DNA of 64,000 nt, taken from assembly GCA_964057225.1 (NCBI GenBank), contig CAXKVF010000075.1, positions 248,001 through 312,000 of the forward strand, in the 5' to 3' direction. Made by a program: the position numbers and the translations under genes. This DNA is from Auanema rhodensis (lineage: Eukaryota; Animalia; Nematoda). The number at the start of each line of letters is the position of its first letter. The first letter of the stretch is position 1. The notes below the pieces were generated by a model. It had not been told where the DNA came from. It worked only from the letters and a program-made list of their open reading frames with translations, and searched no databases. This document shows, one piece after another, positions 1 through 14,784 of the stretch.

Positions 1-3000
1 CAAGTGCACATCACGTGTACATTTAATTAGCATAAATTAAAGTTCACGTAAATTTCAAAGTCATGGTTACCATGAACCAATATCAATAAAAATTTGTTTT
101 TAGACTAATATGGACATGGGGAATCTAATTTTGAAAACCGCATCTCTTTATCTTTCACGTGAAGCGAGTTACATACCAAGTGCACATCACGTGTACATTT
201 AATTAGCATAAATTAAAGTTCACGTAAATTTCAAAGTCATGGTTACCATGAACCAATATCAATAAAAATTTGTTTTTAGACTAATATGGACATGGGGAAT
301 CTAATTTTGAAAACCGCATCTCTTTATCTTTCACGTGAAGCGAGTTACATACCAAGTGCACATCACGTGTACATTTAATTAGCATAAATTAAAGTTCACG
401 TAAATTTCAAAGTCATGGTTACCATGAACCAATATCAATAAAAATTTGTTTTTAGACTAATATGGACATGGGGAATCTAATTTTGAAAACCGCATCTCTT
501 TATCTTTCACGTGAAGCGAGTTACATACCAAGTGCACATCACGTGTACATTTAATTAGCATAAATTAAAGTTCACGTAAATTTCAAAGTCATGGTTACCA
601 TGCACCAATATCAATAAAAATTTGTTTTTAGACTAATATGGACATGGGGAATCTAATTTTGAAAACCGCATCTCTTTATCTTTCACGTGAAGCGAGTTAC
701 ATACCAAGTGCACATCACGTGTACATTTAATTAGCATAAATTAAAGTTCACGTAAATTTCAAAGTCATGGTTACCATGCACCAATATCAATAAAAATTTG
801 TTTTTAGACTAATATGGACATGGGGAATCTAATTTTGAAAACCGCATCTCTTTATCTTTCACGTGAAGCGAGTTACATACCAAGTGCACATCACGTGTAA
901 AATTAATTAGCATAAATTAAAGTTCACGTAAATTTCAAAGTCATGGTTACCATGAACCAATATCAATAAAAATTTGTTTTTAGACTAATATGGACATCGG
1001 GAATCTAATTTTGAAAACCGCATCTCTTTATCTTTCACGTGAAGCGAGTTACATACCAAGTGCACATCACGTGTACATTTAATTAGCATAAATTAAAGTT
1101 CACGTAAATTTCAAAGTCATGGTTACCATGAACCAATATCAATAAAAATTTGTTTTTAGACTAATATGGACATGGGGAATCTAATTTTGAAAACCGCATC
1201 TCTTTATCTTTCACGTGAAGCGAGTTACGTACCAAGTGCACATCACGTGTACAATTAATTAGCATAAATTAAAGTTCACGTAAATTTCAAAGTCATGGTT
1301 ACCATGAACCAATATCAATAAAAATTTGTTTTTAGACTAATATCGACATGGGGAATCTAATTTTGAAAACCGCATCTCTTCATCTTTCACGTGAAGCGAG
1401 TTACATACCAAGTGCACATCACGTGTACATTTAATTAGCATAAATTAAAGTTCACGTAAATTTCAAAGTCATGGTTACCATGAACCAATATTAATAAAAA
1501 TTTGTTTTTAGACTAATATGGACATGAGGAATCTAATTTTGAAAACCGCATCTCTTTATCTTTCACGTGAAGCGAGTTACATACCAAGTGCACATCACGT
1601 GTACATTTAATTAGCATAAATTAAAGTTCACGTAAATTTCAAAGTCATGGTTACCATGAACTAATATCAATAAAAATTTGTTTTTAGACTAATATGGACA
1701 TGGGGAATCTAATTTTGAAAACCGCATCTCTTTATCTTTCACGTGAAGCGAGTTACATTCCAAGTGCACATCACGTGTACATTTAATTAGCATAAATTAA
1801 AGTTCACGTAAATTTCAAAGTCATGGTTACCATGAACCAATATCAATAAAAATTTGTTTTTAGACTAATATGGACATGGGGAATCTAATTTTGAAAACCG
1901 CATCTCTTTATCTTTCACGTGAAGCGAGTTACATTCCAAGTGCACATCACGTGTACATTTAATTAGCATAAATTAAAGTTCACGTAAATTTCAAAGTCAT
2001 GGTTACCATGAACCAATATCAATAAAAATTTGTTTTTAGACTAATATGGACATGGGGAATCTAATTTTGAAAACCGCATCTCTTTATCTTTCACGTGAAG
2101 CGAGTTACATACCAAGTGCACATCACGTGTACATTTAATTAGCATAAATTAAAGTTCACGTAAATTTCAAAGTCATGGTTACCATGAACTAATATCAATA
2201 AAAATTTGTTTTTAGACTAATATGGACATGGGGAATCTAATTTTGAAAACCGCATCTCTTTATCTTTCACGTGAAGCGAGTTACATACCAAGTGCACATC
2301 ACGTGTACATTTAATTAGCATAAATTAAAGTTCACGTAAATTTCAAAGTCATGGTTACCATGAACCAATATCAATAAAAATTTGTTTTTAGACTAATATG
2401 GACATGGGGAATCTAATTTTGAAAACCGCATCTCTTTATCTTTCACGTGAAGCGAGTTACATACCAAGTGCACATCACGTGTACATTTAATTAGCATAAA
2501 TTAAAGTTCACGTAAATTTCAAAGTCATGGTTACCATGAAGCAATATCAATAAAAATTTGTTTTTAGACTAATATGGACATGGGGAATCTAATTTCGAAA
2601 ACCGCATCTCTTTATCTTTCACGTGAAGCGAGTTACATACCAAGTGCACATCACGTGTACATTTAATTAGCATAAATTAAAGTTCACGTTAATTTCAAAG
2701 TCATGGTTACCATGAACCAATATCAATGAAAATTTGTTTTTAGACTAATATGGACATGGGGAATCTAATTTTGAAAACCGCATCTCTTTATCTTTCACGT
2801 GAAGCGAGTTACATACCAAGTGCACATCACGTGTACATTTAATTAGCATAAATTAAAGTTCACGTAAATTTCAAAGTCATGGTTACCATGAACTAATATC
2901 AATAAAAATTTGTTTTTAGACTAATATGGACATGGGGAATCTAATTTTGAAAACCGCATCTCTTTATCTTTCACGTGAAGCGAGTTACATACCAAGTGCA

Positions 3001-3696
3001 CATCACGTGTACATTTAATTAGCATAAATTAAAGTTCACGTAAATTTCAAAGTCATGGTTACCATGAACCAATATAGATAAAAATTTGTTTTTAGACTAA
3101 TATGGACATGGGGAATCTAATTTTGAAAACCGCATCTCTTTATCTTTCACGTGAAGCGAGTTACATACCAAGTGCACATCACGTGTACATTTAATTAGCA
3201 TAAATTAAAGTTCACGTAAATTTCAAAGTCATGGTTACCATGAACTAATATCAATAAAAATTTGTTTTTAGACTAATATGGACATGGGGAATCTAATTTT
3301 GAAAACCGCATCTCTTTATCTTTCACGTGAAGCGAGTTACATACCAAGTGCACATCACGTGTACATTTAATTAGCATAAATTAAAGTTCACGTAAATTTC
3401 AAAGTCATGGTTACCATGAACCAATATCAATAAAAATTTGTTTTTAGACTAATATGGACATGGGGAATCTAATTTTGAAAACCGCATCTCTTTATCTTTC
3501 ACGTGAAGCGAGTTACATACCAAGTGCACATCACGTGTACATTTAATTAGCATAAATTAAAGTTCACGTAAATTTCAAAGTCATGGTTACCATGAACCAA
3601 TATCAATAAAAATTTGTTTTTAGACTAATATGGACATGGGGAATCTAATTTTGAAAACCGCATCTCTTTATCTTTCACGTGAAGCGAGTTACATAC

Positions 3697-6160
3697 CAAG
3701 TGCACATCACGTGTACATTTAATTAGCATAAATTAAAGTTCACGTAAATTTCAAAGTCATGGTTACCATGAACCAATATCAATAAAAATTTGTTTTTAGA
3801 CTAATATGGACATGGGGAATCTAATTTTGAAAACCGCATCTCTTTATCTTTCACGTGAAGCGAGTTACATACCAAGTGCACATCACGTGTACATTTAATT
3901 AGCATAAATTAAAGTTCACGTAAATTTCAAAGTCATGGTTACCATGCACCAATATCAATAAAAATTTGTTTTTAGACTAATATGGACATGGGGAATCTAA
4001 TTTTGAAAACCGCATCTCTTTATCTTTCACGTGAAGCGAGTTACATACCAAGTGCACATCACGTGTACATTTAATTAGCATAAATTAAAGTTCACGTAAA
4101 TTTCAAAGTCATGGTTACCATGAACCAATATCAATAAAAATTTGTTTTTAGACTAATATGGACATGGGGAATCTAATTTTGAAAACCGCATCTCTTTATC
4201 TTTCACGTGAAGCGAGTTACATACCAAGTGCACATCACGTGTACATTTAATTAGCATAAATTAAAGTTCACGTAAATTTCAAAGTCATGGTTACCATGAA
4301 CCAATATCAATAAAAATTTGTTTTTAGACTAATATGGACATGGGGAATCTAATTTTGAAAACCGCATCTCTTTATCTTTCACGTGAAGCGAGTTACATAC
4401 CAAGTGCACATCACGTGTACATTTAATTAGCATAAATTAAAGTTCACGTAAATTTCAAAGTCATGGTTACCATGAACCAATATTAATAAAAATTTCTTTT
4501 TAGACTAATATGGACATGAGGAATCTAATCTTGAAAACCGCATCTCTTCATCTTTCACGTGAAGCGAGTTACATACCAAGTGCACATCACGTGTACATTT
4601 AATTAGCATAAATTAAAGTTCACGTAAATTTCAAAGTCATGGTTATCATTCACCAATATCAATAAAAATTTGTTTTTAGACTAATATGGACATGGGGAAT
4701 CTAATTTTGAAAACCGCATCTCTTTATCTTTCACGTGAAGCGAGTTACATACCAAGTGCACATCACGTGTACATTTAAATAGCATAAATTAAAGTTCACG
4801 TAAATTTCAAAGTCATGGTTACCATGCACCAATATCAATAAAAATTTGTTTTTAGACTAATATGGACATGGGGAATCTAATTTTGAAAACCGCATCTCTT
4901 TATCTTTCACGTGAAGCGAGTTACATACCAAGTGCACATCACGTGTACATTTAATTAGCATAAATTAAAGTTCACGTAAATTTCAAAGTCATGGTTACCA
5001 TGAACCAATATCAATAAAAATTTGTTTTTAGACTAATATGGACATGGGGAATCTAATTTTGAAAACCGCATCTCTTTATCTTTCACGTGAAGCGAGTTAC
5101 ATACCAAGTGCACATCACGTGTACATTTAATTAGCATAAATTAAAGTTCACGTAAATTTCAAAGTCATGGTTACCATGCACCAATATCAATAAAAATTTG
5201 TTTTTAGACTAATATGGACATGGGGAATCTAATTTTGAAAACCGCATCTCTTTATCTTTCACGTGAAGCGAGTTACATACCAAGTGCACATCACGTGTAC
5301 ATTTAATTAGCATAAATTAAAGTTCACGTAAATTTCAAAGTCATGGTTACCATGAACCAATATCAATAAAAATTTGTTTTTAGACTAATATGGACATGGG
5401 GAATCTAATTTTGAAAACCGCATCTCTTTATCTTTCACGTGAAGCGAGTTACATACCAAGTGCACATCACGTGTACATTTAATTAGCATAAATTAAAGTT
5501 CACGTAAATTTCAAAGTCATGGTTACCATGAACCAATATCAATAAAAATTTGTTTTTAGACTAATATGGACATGGGGAATCTAATTTTGAAAACCGCATC
5601 TCTTTATCTTTCACGTGAAGCGAGTTACATACCAAGTGCACATCACGTGTACATTTAATTAGCATAAATTAAAGTTCACGTAAATTTCAAAGTCATGGTT
5701 ACCATGAACCAATATTAATAAAAATTTGTTTTTAGACTAATATGGACATGAGGAATCTAATCTTGAAAACCGCATCTCTTCATCTTTCACGTGAAGCGAG
5801 TTACATACCAAGTGCACATCACGTGTACATTTAATTAGCATAAATTAAAGTTCACGTAAATTTCAAAGTCATGGTTATCATTCACCAATATCAATAAAAA
5901 TTTGTTTTTAGACTAATATGGACATGGGGAATCTAATTTTGAAAACCGCATCTCTTTATCTTTCACGTGAAGCGAGTTACATACCAAGTGCACATCACGT
6001 GTACATTTAAATAGCATAAATTAAAGTTCACGTAAATTTCAAAGTCATGGTTACCATGCACCAATATCAATAAAAATTTGTTTTTAGACTAATATGGACA
6101 TGGGGAATCTAATTTTGAAAACCGCATCTCTTTATCTTTCACGTGAAGCGAGTTACATAC
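3697..6160. repeat. Tandem 7-monomer (1232-bp) duplication within satellite
   Basis: Rare consecutive variant monomers (TATTAAT/GAGG/AATCT/TTCA, then GGTTATCATTCACC, then TTAAAT+CACC) occur at 4401/4577/4753 and again at 5633/5809/5985. Confidence 0.9.
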
Positions 6161-6688
6161 CAAGTGCACATCACGTGTACATTTAATTAGCATAAATTAA
6201 AGTTCACGTAAATTTCAAAGTCATGGTTACCATGAAGCAATATCAATAAAAATTTGTTTTTAGACTAATATGGACATAGGGAATCTAATTTTGAAAACCG
6301 CATCTCTTTATCTTTCACGTGAAGCGAGTTACATACCAAGTGCACATCACGTGTACATTTAATTAGCATAAATTAAAGTTCACGTAAATTTCAAAGTCAT
6401 GGTTACCATGAACCAATATCAATAAAAATTTGTTTTTAGACTAATATGGACATGGGGAATCTAATTTTGAAAACCGCATCTCTTTATCTTTCACGTGAAG
6501 CGAGTTACATACCAAGTGCACATCACGTGTACATTTAATTAGCATAAATTAAAGTTCACGTAAATTTCAAAGTCATGGTTACCATGAACTAATATCAATA
6601 AAAATTTGTTTTTAGACTAATATGGACATGGGGAATCTAATTTTGAAAACCGCATCTCTTTATCTTTCACGTGAAGCGAGTTACATAC

Positions 6689-9600
6689 CAAGTGCACATC
6701 ACGTGTACATTTAATTAGCATAAATTAAAGTTCACGTAAATTTCAAAGTCATGGTTACCATGAACCAATATCAATAAAAATTTGTTTTTAGACTAATATG
6801 GACATGGGGAATCTAATTTTGAAAACCGCATCTCTTTATCTTTCACGTGAAGCGAGTTACATACCAAGTGCACATCACGTGTACATTTAATTAGCATAAA
6901 TTAAAGTTCACGTAAATTTCAAAGTCATGGTTACCATGAACCAATATCAATAAAAATTTGTTTTTAGACTAATATGGACATGGGGAATCTAATTTTGAAA
7001 ACCGCATCTCTTTATCTTTCACGTGAAGCGAGTTACATACCAAGTGCACATCACGTGTACATTTAATTAGCATAAATTAAAGTTCACGTAAATTTCAAAG
7101 TCATGGTTACCATGCACCAATATCAATAAAAATTTGTTTTTAGACTAATATGGACATGGGGAATCTAATTTTGAAAACCGCATCTCTTTATCTTTCACGT
7201 GAAGCGAGTTACATACCAAGTGCACATCACGTGTACATTTAATTAGCATAAATTAAAGTTCACGTAAATTTCAAAGTCATGGTTACCATGAAGCAATATC
7301 AATAAAAATTTGTTTTTAGACTAATATGGACATGGGGAATCTAATTTTGAAAACCGCATCTCTTTATCTTTCACGTGAAGCGAGTTACATACCAAGTGCA
7401 CATCACGTGTACATTTAATTAGCATAAATTAAAGTTCACGTAAATTTCAAAGTCATGGTTACCATGAACCAATATCAATAAAAATTTGTTTTTAGACTAA
7501 TATGGACATGGGGAATCTAATTTTGAAAACCGCATCTCTTTATCTTTCACGTGAAGCGAGTTACATACCAAGTGCACATCACGTGTACATTTAATTAGCA
7601 TAAATTAAAGTTCACGTAAATTTCAAAGTCATGGTTACCATGAACCAATATCAATAAAAATTTGTTTTTAGACTAATATGGACATGGGGAATCTAATTTT
7701 GAAAACCGCATCTCTTTATCTTTCACGTGAAGCGAGTTACATACCAAGTGCACATCACGTGTACATTTAATTAGCATAAATTAAAGTTCACGTAAATTTC
7801 AAAGTCATGGTTACCATGAAGCAATATCAATAAAAGTTTGTTTTTAGACTAATATGGACATGGGGAATCTAATTTTGAAAACCGCATCTCTTTATCTTTC
7901 ACGTGAAGCGAGTTACATACCAAGTGCACATCACGTGTACATTTAATTAGCATTAATTAAAGTTCACGTAAATTTCAAAGTCATGGTTACCATGAACCAA
8001 TATCAATAAAAATTTGTTTTTAGACTAATATGGACATGGGGAATCTAATTTTGAAAACCGCATCTCTTTATCTTTCACGTGAAGCGAGTTACATACCAAG
8101 TGCACATCACGTGTACATTTAATTAGCATAAATTAAAGTTCACGTAAATTTCAAAGTCATGGTTACCATGAAGCAATATCAATAAAAATTTGTTTTTAGA
8201 CTAATATGGACATGGGGAATCTAATTTTGAAAACCGCATCTCTTTATCTTTCACGTGAAGCGAGTTACATACCAAGTGCACATCACGTGTACATTTAATT
8301 AGCATTAATTAAAGTTCACGTAAATTTCAAAGTCATGGTTACCATGAACCAATATCAATAAAAATTTGTTTTTAGACTAATATGGACATGGGGAATCTAA
8401 TTTTGAAAACCGCATCTCTTTATCTTTCACGTGAAGCGAGTTACATACCAAGTGCACATCACGTGTACATTTAATTAGCATAAATTAAAGTTCACGTAAA
8501 TTTCAAAGTCATGGTTACCATGAACCAATATCAATAAAAATTTGTTTTTAGACTAATATGGACATGGGGAATCTAATTTTGAAAACCGCATCTCTTTATC
8601 TTTCACGTGAAGCGAGTTACATACCAAGTGCACATCACGTGTACATTTAATTAGCATAAATTAAAGTTCACGTAAATTTCAAAGTCATGGTTACCATGCA
8701 CCAATATCAATAAAAATTTGTTTTTAGACTAATATGGACATGGGGAATCTAATTTTGAAAACCGCATCTCTTTATCTTTCACGTGAAGCGAGTTACATAC
8801 CAAGTGCACATCACGTGTACATTTAATTAGCATAAATTAAAGTTCACGTAAATTTCAAAGTCATGGTTACCATGAACTAATATCAATAAAAATTTGTTTT
8901 TAGACTAATATGGACATGGGGAATCTAATTTTGAAAACCGCATCTCTTTATCTTTCACGTGAAGCGAGTTACATACCAAGTGCACATCACGTGTACATTT
9001 AATTAGCATAAATTAAAGTTCACGTAAATTTCAAAGTCATGGTTACCATGAACCAATATCAATAAAAATTTGTTTTTAGACTAATATGGACATGGGGAAT
9101 CTAATTTTGAAAACCGCATCTCTTTATCTTTCACCTGAAGCGAGTTACATACCAAGTGCACATCACGTGTACATTTAATTAGCATAAATTAAAGTTCACG
9201 TAAATTTCAAAGTCATGGTTACCATGAACCAATATCAATAAAAATTTGTTTTTAGACTAATATGGACATGGGGAATCTAATTTTGAAAACCGCATCTCTT
9301 TATCTTTCACGTGAAGCGAGTTACATACCAAGTGCACATCACGTGTACATTTAATTAGCATAAATTAAAGTTCACGTAAATTTCAAAGTCATGGTTACCA
9401 TGAAGCAATATCAATAAAAATTTGTTTTTAGACTAATATGGACATGGGGAATCTAATTTTGAAAACCGCATCTCTTTATCTTTCACGTGAAGCGAGTTAC
9501 ATACCAAGTGCACATCACGTGTACATTTAATTAGCATAAATTAAAGTTCACGTAAATTTCAAAGTCATGGTTACCATGCACCAATATCAATAAAAATTTG

Positions 9601-12600
9601 TTTTTAGACTAATATGGACATGGGGAATCTAATTTTGAAAACCGCATCTCTTTATCTTTCACGTGAAGCGAGTTACATACCAAGTGCACATCACGTGTAC
9701 AATTAATTAGCATAAATTAAAGTTCACGTAAATTTCAAAGTCATGGTTACCATGAAGCAATATCAATAAAAATTTGTTTTTAGACTAATATGGACATGGG
9801 GAATCTAATTTTGAAAACCGCATCTCTTTATCTTTCACGTGAAGCGAGTTACATACCAAGTGCACATCACGTGTACATTTAATTAGCATAAATTAAAGTT
9901 CACGTAAATTTCAAAGTCATGGTTACCATGAAGCAATATCAATAAAAATTTGTTTTTAGACTAATATGGACATGGGGAATCTAATTTTGAAAACCGCATC
10001 TCTTTATCTTTCACGTGAAGCGAGTTACATACCAAGTGCACATCACGTGTACATTTAATTAGCATAAATTAAAGTTCACGTAAATTTCAAAGTCATGGTT
10101 ACCATGCACCAATATCAATAAAAATTTGTTTTTAGACTAATATGGACATGGGGAATCTAATTTTGAAAACCGCATCTCTTTATCTTTCACGTGAAGCGAG
10201 TTACATACCAAGTGCACATCACGTGTACAATTAATTAGCATAAATTAAAGTTCACGTAAATTTCAAAGTCATGGTTACCATGAAGCAATATCAATAAAAA
10301 TTTGTTTTTAGACTAATATGGACATGGGGAATCTAATTTTGAAAACCGCATCTCTTTATCTTTCACGTGAAGCGAGTTACATACCAAGTGCACATCACGT
10401 GTACATTTAATTAGCATAAATTAAAGTTCACGTAAATTTCAAAGTCATGGTTACCATGAAGCAATATCAATAAAAATTTGTTTTTAGACTAATATGGACA
10501 TGGGGAATCTAATTTTGAAAACCACATCTCTTTATCTTTCACGTGAAGCGAGTTACATACCAAGGGCACATCACGTGTACATTTAATTAGCATAAATTAA
10601 AGTTCACGTAAATTTCAAAGTCATGGTTACCATGAACCAATATCAATAAAAATTTGTTTTTAGACTAATATGGACATGGGGAATCTAATTTTGAAAACCG
10701 CATCTCTTTATCTTTCACGTGAAGCGAGTTACATACCAAGTGCACATCACGTGTACATTTAATTAGCATAAATTAAAGTTCACGTAAATTTCAAAGTCAT
10801 GGTTACCATGAACCAATATCAATAAAAATTTGTTTTTAGACTAATATGGACATGGGGAATCTAATTTTGAAAACCGCATCTCTTTATCTTTCACGTGAAG
10901 CGAGTTACATACCAAGTGCACATCACGTGTACATTTAATTAGCATAAATTAAAGTTCACGTAAATTTCAAAGTCATGGTTACCATGAACCAATATCAATA
11001 AAAATTTGTTTTTAGACTAATATGGACATGGGGAATCTAATTTTGAAAACCGCATCTCTTTATCTTTCACGTGAAGCGAGTTACATACCAAGTGCACATC
11101 ACGTGTACATTTAATTAGCATAAATTAAAGTTCACGTAAATTTCAAAGTCATGGTTACCATGCACCAATATCAATAAAAATTTGTTTTTAGACTAATATG
11201 GACATGGGGAATCTAATTTTGAAAACCGCATCTCTTTATCTTTCACGTGAAGCGAGTTACATACCAAGTGCACATCACGTGTACATTTAATTAGCATAAA
11301 TTAAAGTTCACGTAAATTTCAAAGTCATGGTTACCATGAAGCAATATCAATAAAAATTTGTTTTTAGACTAATATGGACATGGGGAATCTAATTTTGAAA
11401 ACCGCATCTCTTTATCTTTCACGTGAAGCGAGTTACATACCAAGTGCACATCACGTGTACATTTAATTAGCATAAATTAAAGTTCACGTAAATTTCAAAG
11501 TCATGGTTACCATGAACCAATATCAATAAAAATTTGTTTTTAGACTAATATGGACATGGGGAATCTAATTTTGAAAACCGCATCTCTTTATCTTTCACGT
11601 GAAGCGAGTTACATACCAAGTGCACATCACGTGTACATTTAATTAGCATAAATTAAAGTTCACGTAAATTTCAAAGTCATGGTTACCATGAACCAATATC
11701 AATAAAAATTTGTTTTTAGACTAATATGGACATGGGGAATCTAATTTTGAAAACCGCATCTCTTTATCTTTCACGTGAAGCGAGTTACATACCAAGTGCA
11801 CATCACGTGTACATTTAATTAGCATAAATTAAAGTTCACGTAAATTTCAAAGTCATGGTTACCATGAAGCAATATCAATAAAAGTTTGTTTTTAGACTAA
11901 TATGGACATGGGGAATCTAATTTTGAAAACCGCATCTCTTTATCTTTCACGTGAAGCGAGTTACATACCAAGTGCACATCACGTGTACATTTAATTAGCA
12001 TTAATTAAAGTTCACGTAAATTTCAAAGTCATGGTTACCATGAACCAATATCAATAAAAATTTGTTTTTAGACTAATATGGACATGGGGAATCTAATTTT
12101 GAAAACCGCATCTCTTTATCTTTCACGTGAAGCGAGTTACATACCAAGTGCACATCACGTGTACATTTAATTAGCATAAATTAAAGTTCACGTAAATTTC
12201 AAAGTCATGGTTACCATGAAGCAATATCAATAAAAATTTGTTTTTAGACTAATATGGACATGGGGAATCTAATTTTGAAAACCGCATCTCTTTATCTTTC
12301 ACGTGAAGCGAGTTACATACCAAGTGCACATCACGTGTACATTTAATTAGCATTAATTAAAGTTCACGTAAATTTCAAAGTCATGGTTACCATGAACCAA
12401 TATCAATAAAAATTTGTTTTTAGACTAATATGGACATGGGGAATCTAATTTTGAAAACCGCATCTCTTTATCTTTCACGTGAAGCGAGTTACATACCAAG
12501 TGCACATCACGTGTACATTTAATTAGCATAAATTAAAGTTCACGTAAATTTCAAAGTCATGGTTACCATGAACCAATATCAATAAAAATTTGTTTTTAGA

Positions 12601-14784
12601 CTAATATGGACATGGGGAATCTAATTTTGAAAACCGCATCTCTTTATCTTTCACGTGAAGCGAGTTACATACCAAGTGCACATCACGTGTACATTTAATT
12701 AGCATAAATTAAAGTTCACGTAAATTTCAAAGTCATGGTTACCATGCACCAATATCAATAAAAATTTGTTTTTAGACTAATATGGACATGGGGAATCTAA
12801 TTTTGAAAACCGCATCTCTTTATCTTTCACGTGAAGCGAGTTACATACCAAGTGCACATCACGTGTACATTTAATTAGCATAAATTAAAGTTCACGTAAA
12901 TTTCAAAGTCATGGTTACCATGAACTAATATCAATAAAAATTTGTTTTTAGACTAATATGGACATGGGGAATCTAATTTTGAAAACCGCATCTCTTTATC
13001 TTTCACGTGAAGCGAGTTACATACCAAGTGCACATCACGTGTACATTTAATTAGCATAAATTAAAGTTCACGTAAATTTCAAAGTCATGGTTACCATGAA
13101 CCAATATCAATAAAAATTTGTTTTTAGACTAATATGGACATGGGGAATCTAATTTTGAAAACCGCATCTCTTTATCTTTCACCTGAAGCGAGTTACATAC
13201 CAAGTGCACATCACGTGTACATTTAATTAGCATAAATTAAAGTTCACGTAAATTTCAAAGTCATGGTTACCATGAACCAATATCAATAAAAATTTGTTTT
13301 TAGACTAATATGGACATGGGGAATCTAATTTTGAAAACCGCATCTCTTTATCTTTCACGTGAAGCGAGTTACATACCAAGTGCACATCACGTGTACATTT
13401 AATTAGCATAAATTAAAGTTCACGTAAATTTCAAAGTCATGGTTACCATGAAGCAATATCAATAAAAATTTGTTTTTAGACTAATATGGACATGGGGAAT
13501 CTAATTTTGAAAACCGCATCTCTTTATCTTTCACGTGAAGCGAGTTACATACCAAGTGCACATCACGTGTACATTTAATTAGCATAAATTAAAGTTCACG
13601 TAAATTTCAAAGTCATGGTTACCATGCACCAATATCAATAAAAATTTGTTTTTAGACTAATATGGACATGGGGAATCTAATTTTGAAAACCGCATCTCTT
13701 TATCTTTCACGTGAAGCGAGTTACATACCAAGTGCACATCACGTGTACAATTAATTAGCATAAATTAAAGTTCACGTAAATTTCAAAGTCATGGTTACCA
13801 TGAAGCAATATCAATAAAAATTTGTTTTTAGACTAATATGGACATGGGGAATCTAATTTTGAAAACCGCATCTCTTTATCTTTCACGTGAAGCGAGTTAC
13901 ATACCAAGTGCACATCACGTGTACATTTAATTAGCATAAATTAAAGTTCACGTAAATTTCAAAGTCATGGTTACCATGAAGCAATATCAATAAAAATTTG
14001 TTTTTAGACTAATATGGACATGGGGAATCTAATTTTGAAAACCGCATCTCTTTATCTTTCACGTGAAGCGAGTTACATACCAAGTGCACATCACGTGTAC
14101 ATTTAATTAGCATAAATTAAAGTTCACGTAAATTTCAAAGTCATGGTTACCATGCACCAATATCAATAAAAATTTGTTTTTAGACTAATATGGACATGGG
14201 GAATCTAATTTTGAAAACCGCATCTCTTTATCTTTCACGTGAAGCGAGTTACATACCAAGTGCACATCACGTGTACAATTAATTAGCATAAATTAAAGTT
14301 CACGTAAATTTCAAAGTCATGGTTACCATGAAGCAATATCAATAAAAATTTGTTTTTAGACTAATATGGACATGGGGAATCTAATTTTGAAAACCGCATC
14401 TCTTTATCTTTCACGTGAAGCGAGTTACATACCAAGTGCACATCACGTGTACATTTAATTAGCATAAATTAAAGTTCACGTAAATTTCAAAGTCATGGTT
14501 ACCATGAAGCAATATCAATAAAAATTTGTTTTTAGACTAATATGGACATGGGGAATCTAATTTTGAAAACCACATCTCTTTATCTTTCACGTGAAGCGAG
14601 TTACATACCAAGGGCACATCACGTGTACATTTAATTAGCATAAATTAAAGTTCACGTAAATTTCAAAGTCATGGTTACCATGAACCAATATCAATAAAAA
14701 TTTGTTTTTAGACTAATATGGACATGGGGAATCTAATTTTGAAAACCGCATCTCTTTATCTTTCACGTGAAGCGAGTTACATAC
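6689..14784. repeat. Tandem 23-monomer (4048-bp) duplication within satellite
   Basis: Private CACCTG variant at 9135 and 13183; AAAGTTT variant in monomers at 7745 and 11793. The whole ordered series of variants in monomers 39-61 is repeated in 62-84. Confidence 0.93.
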
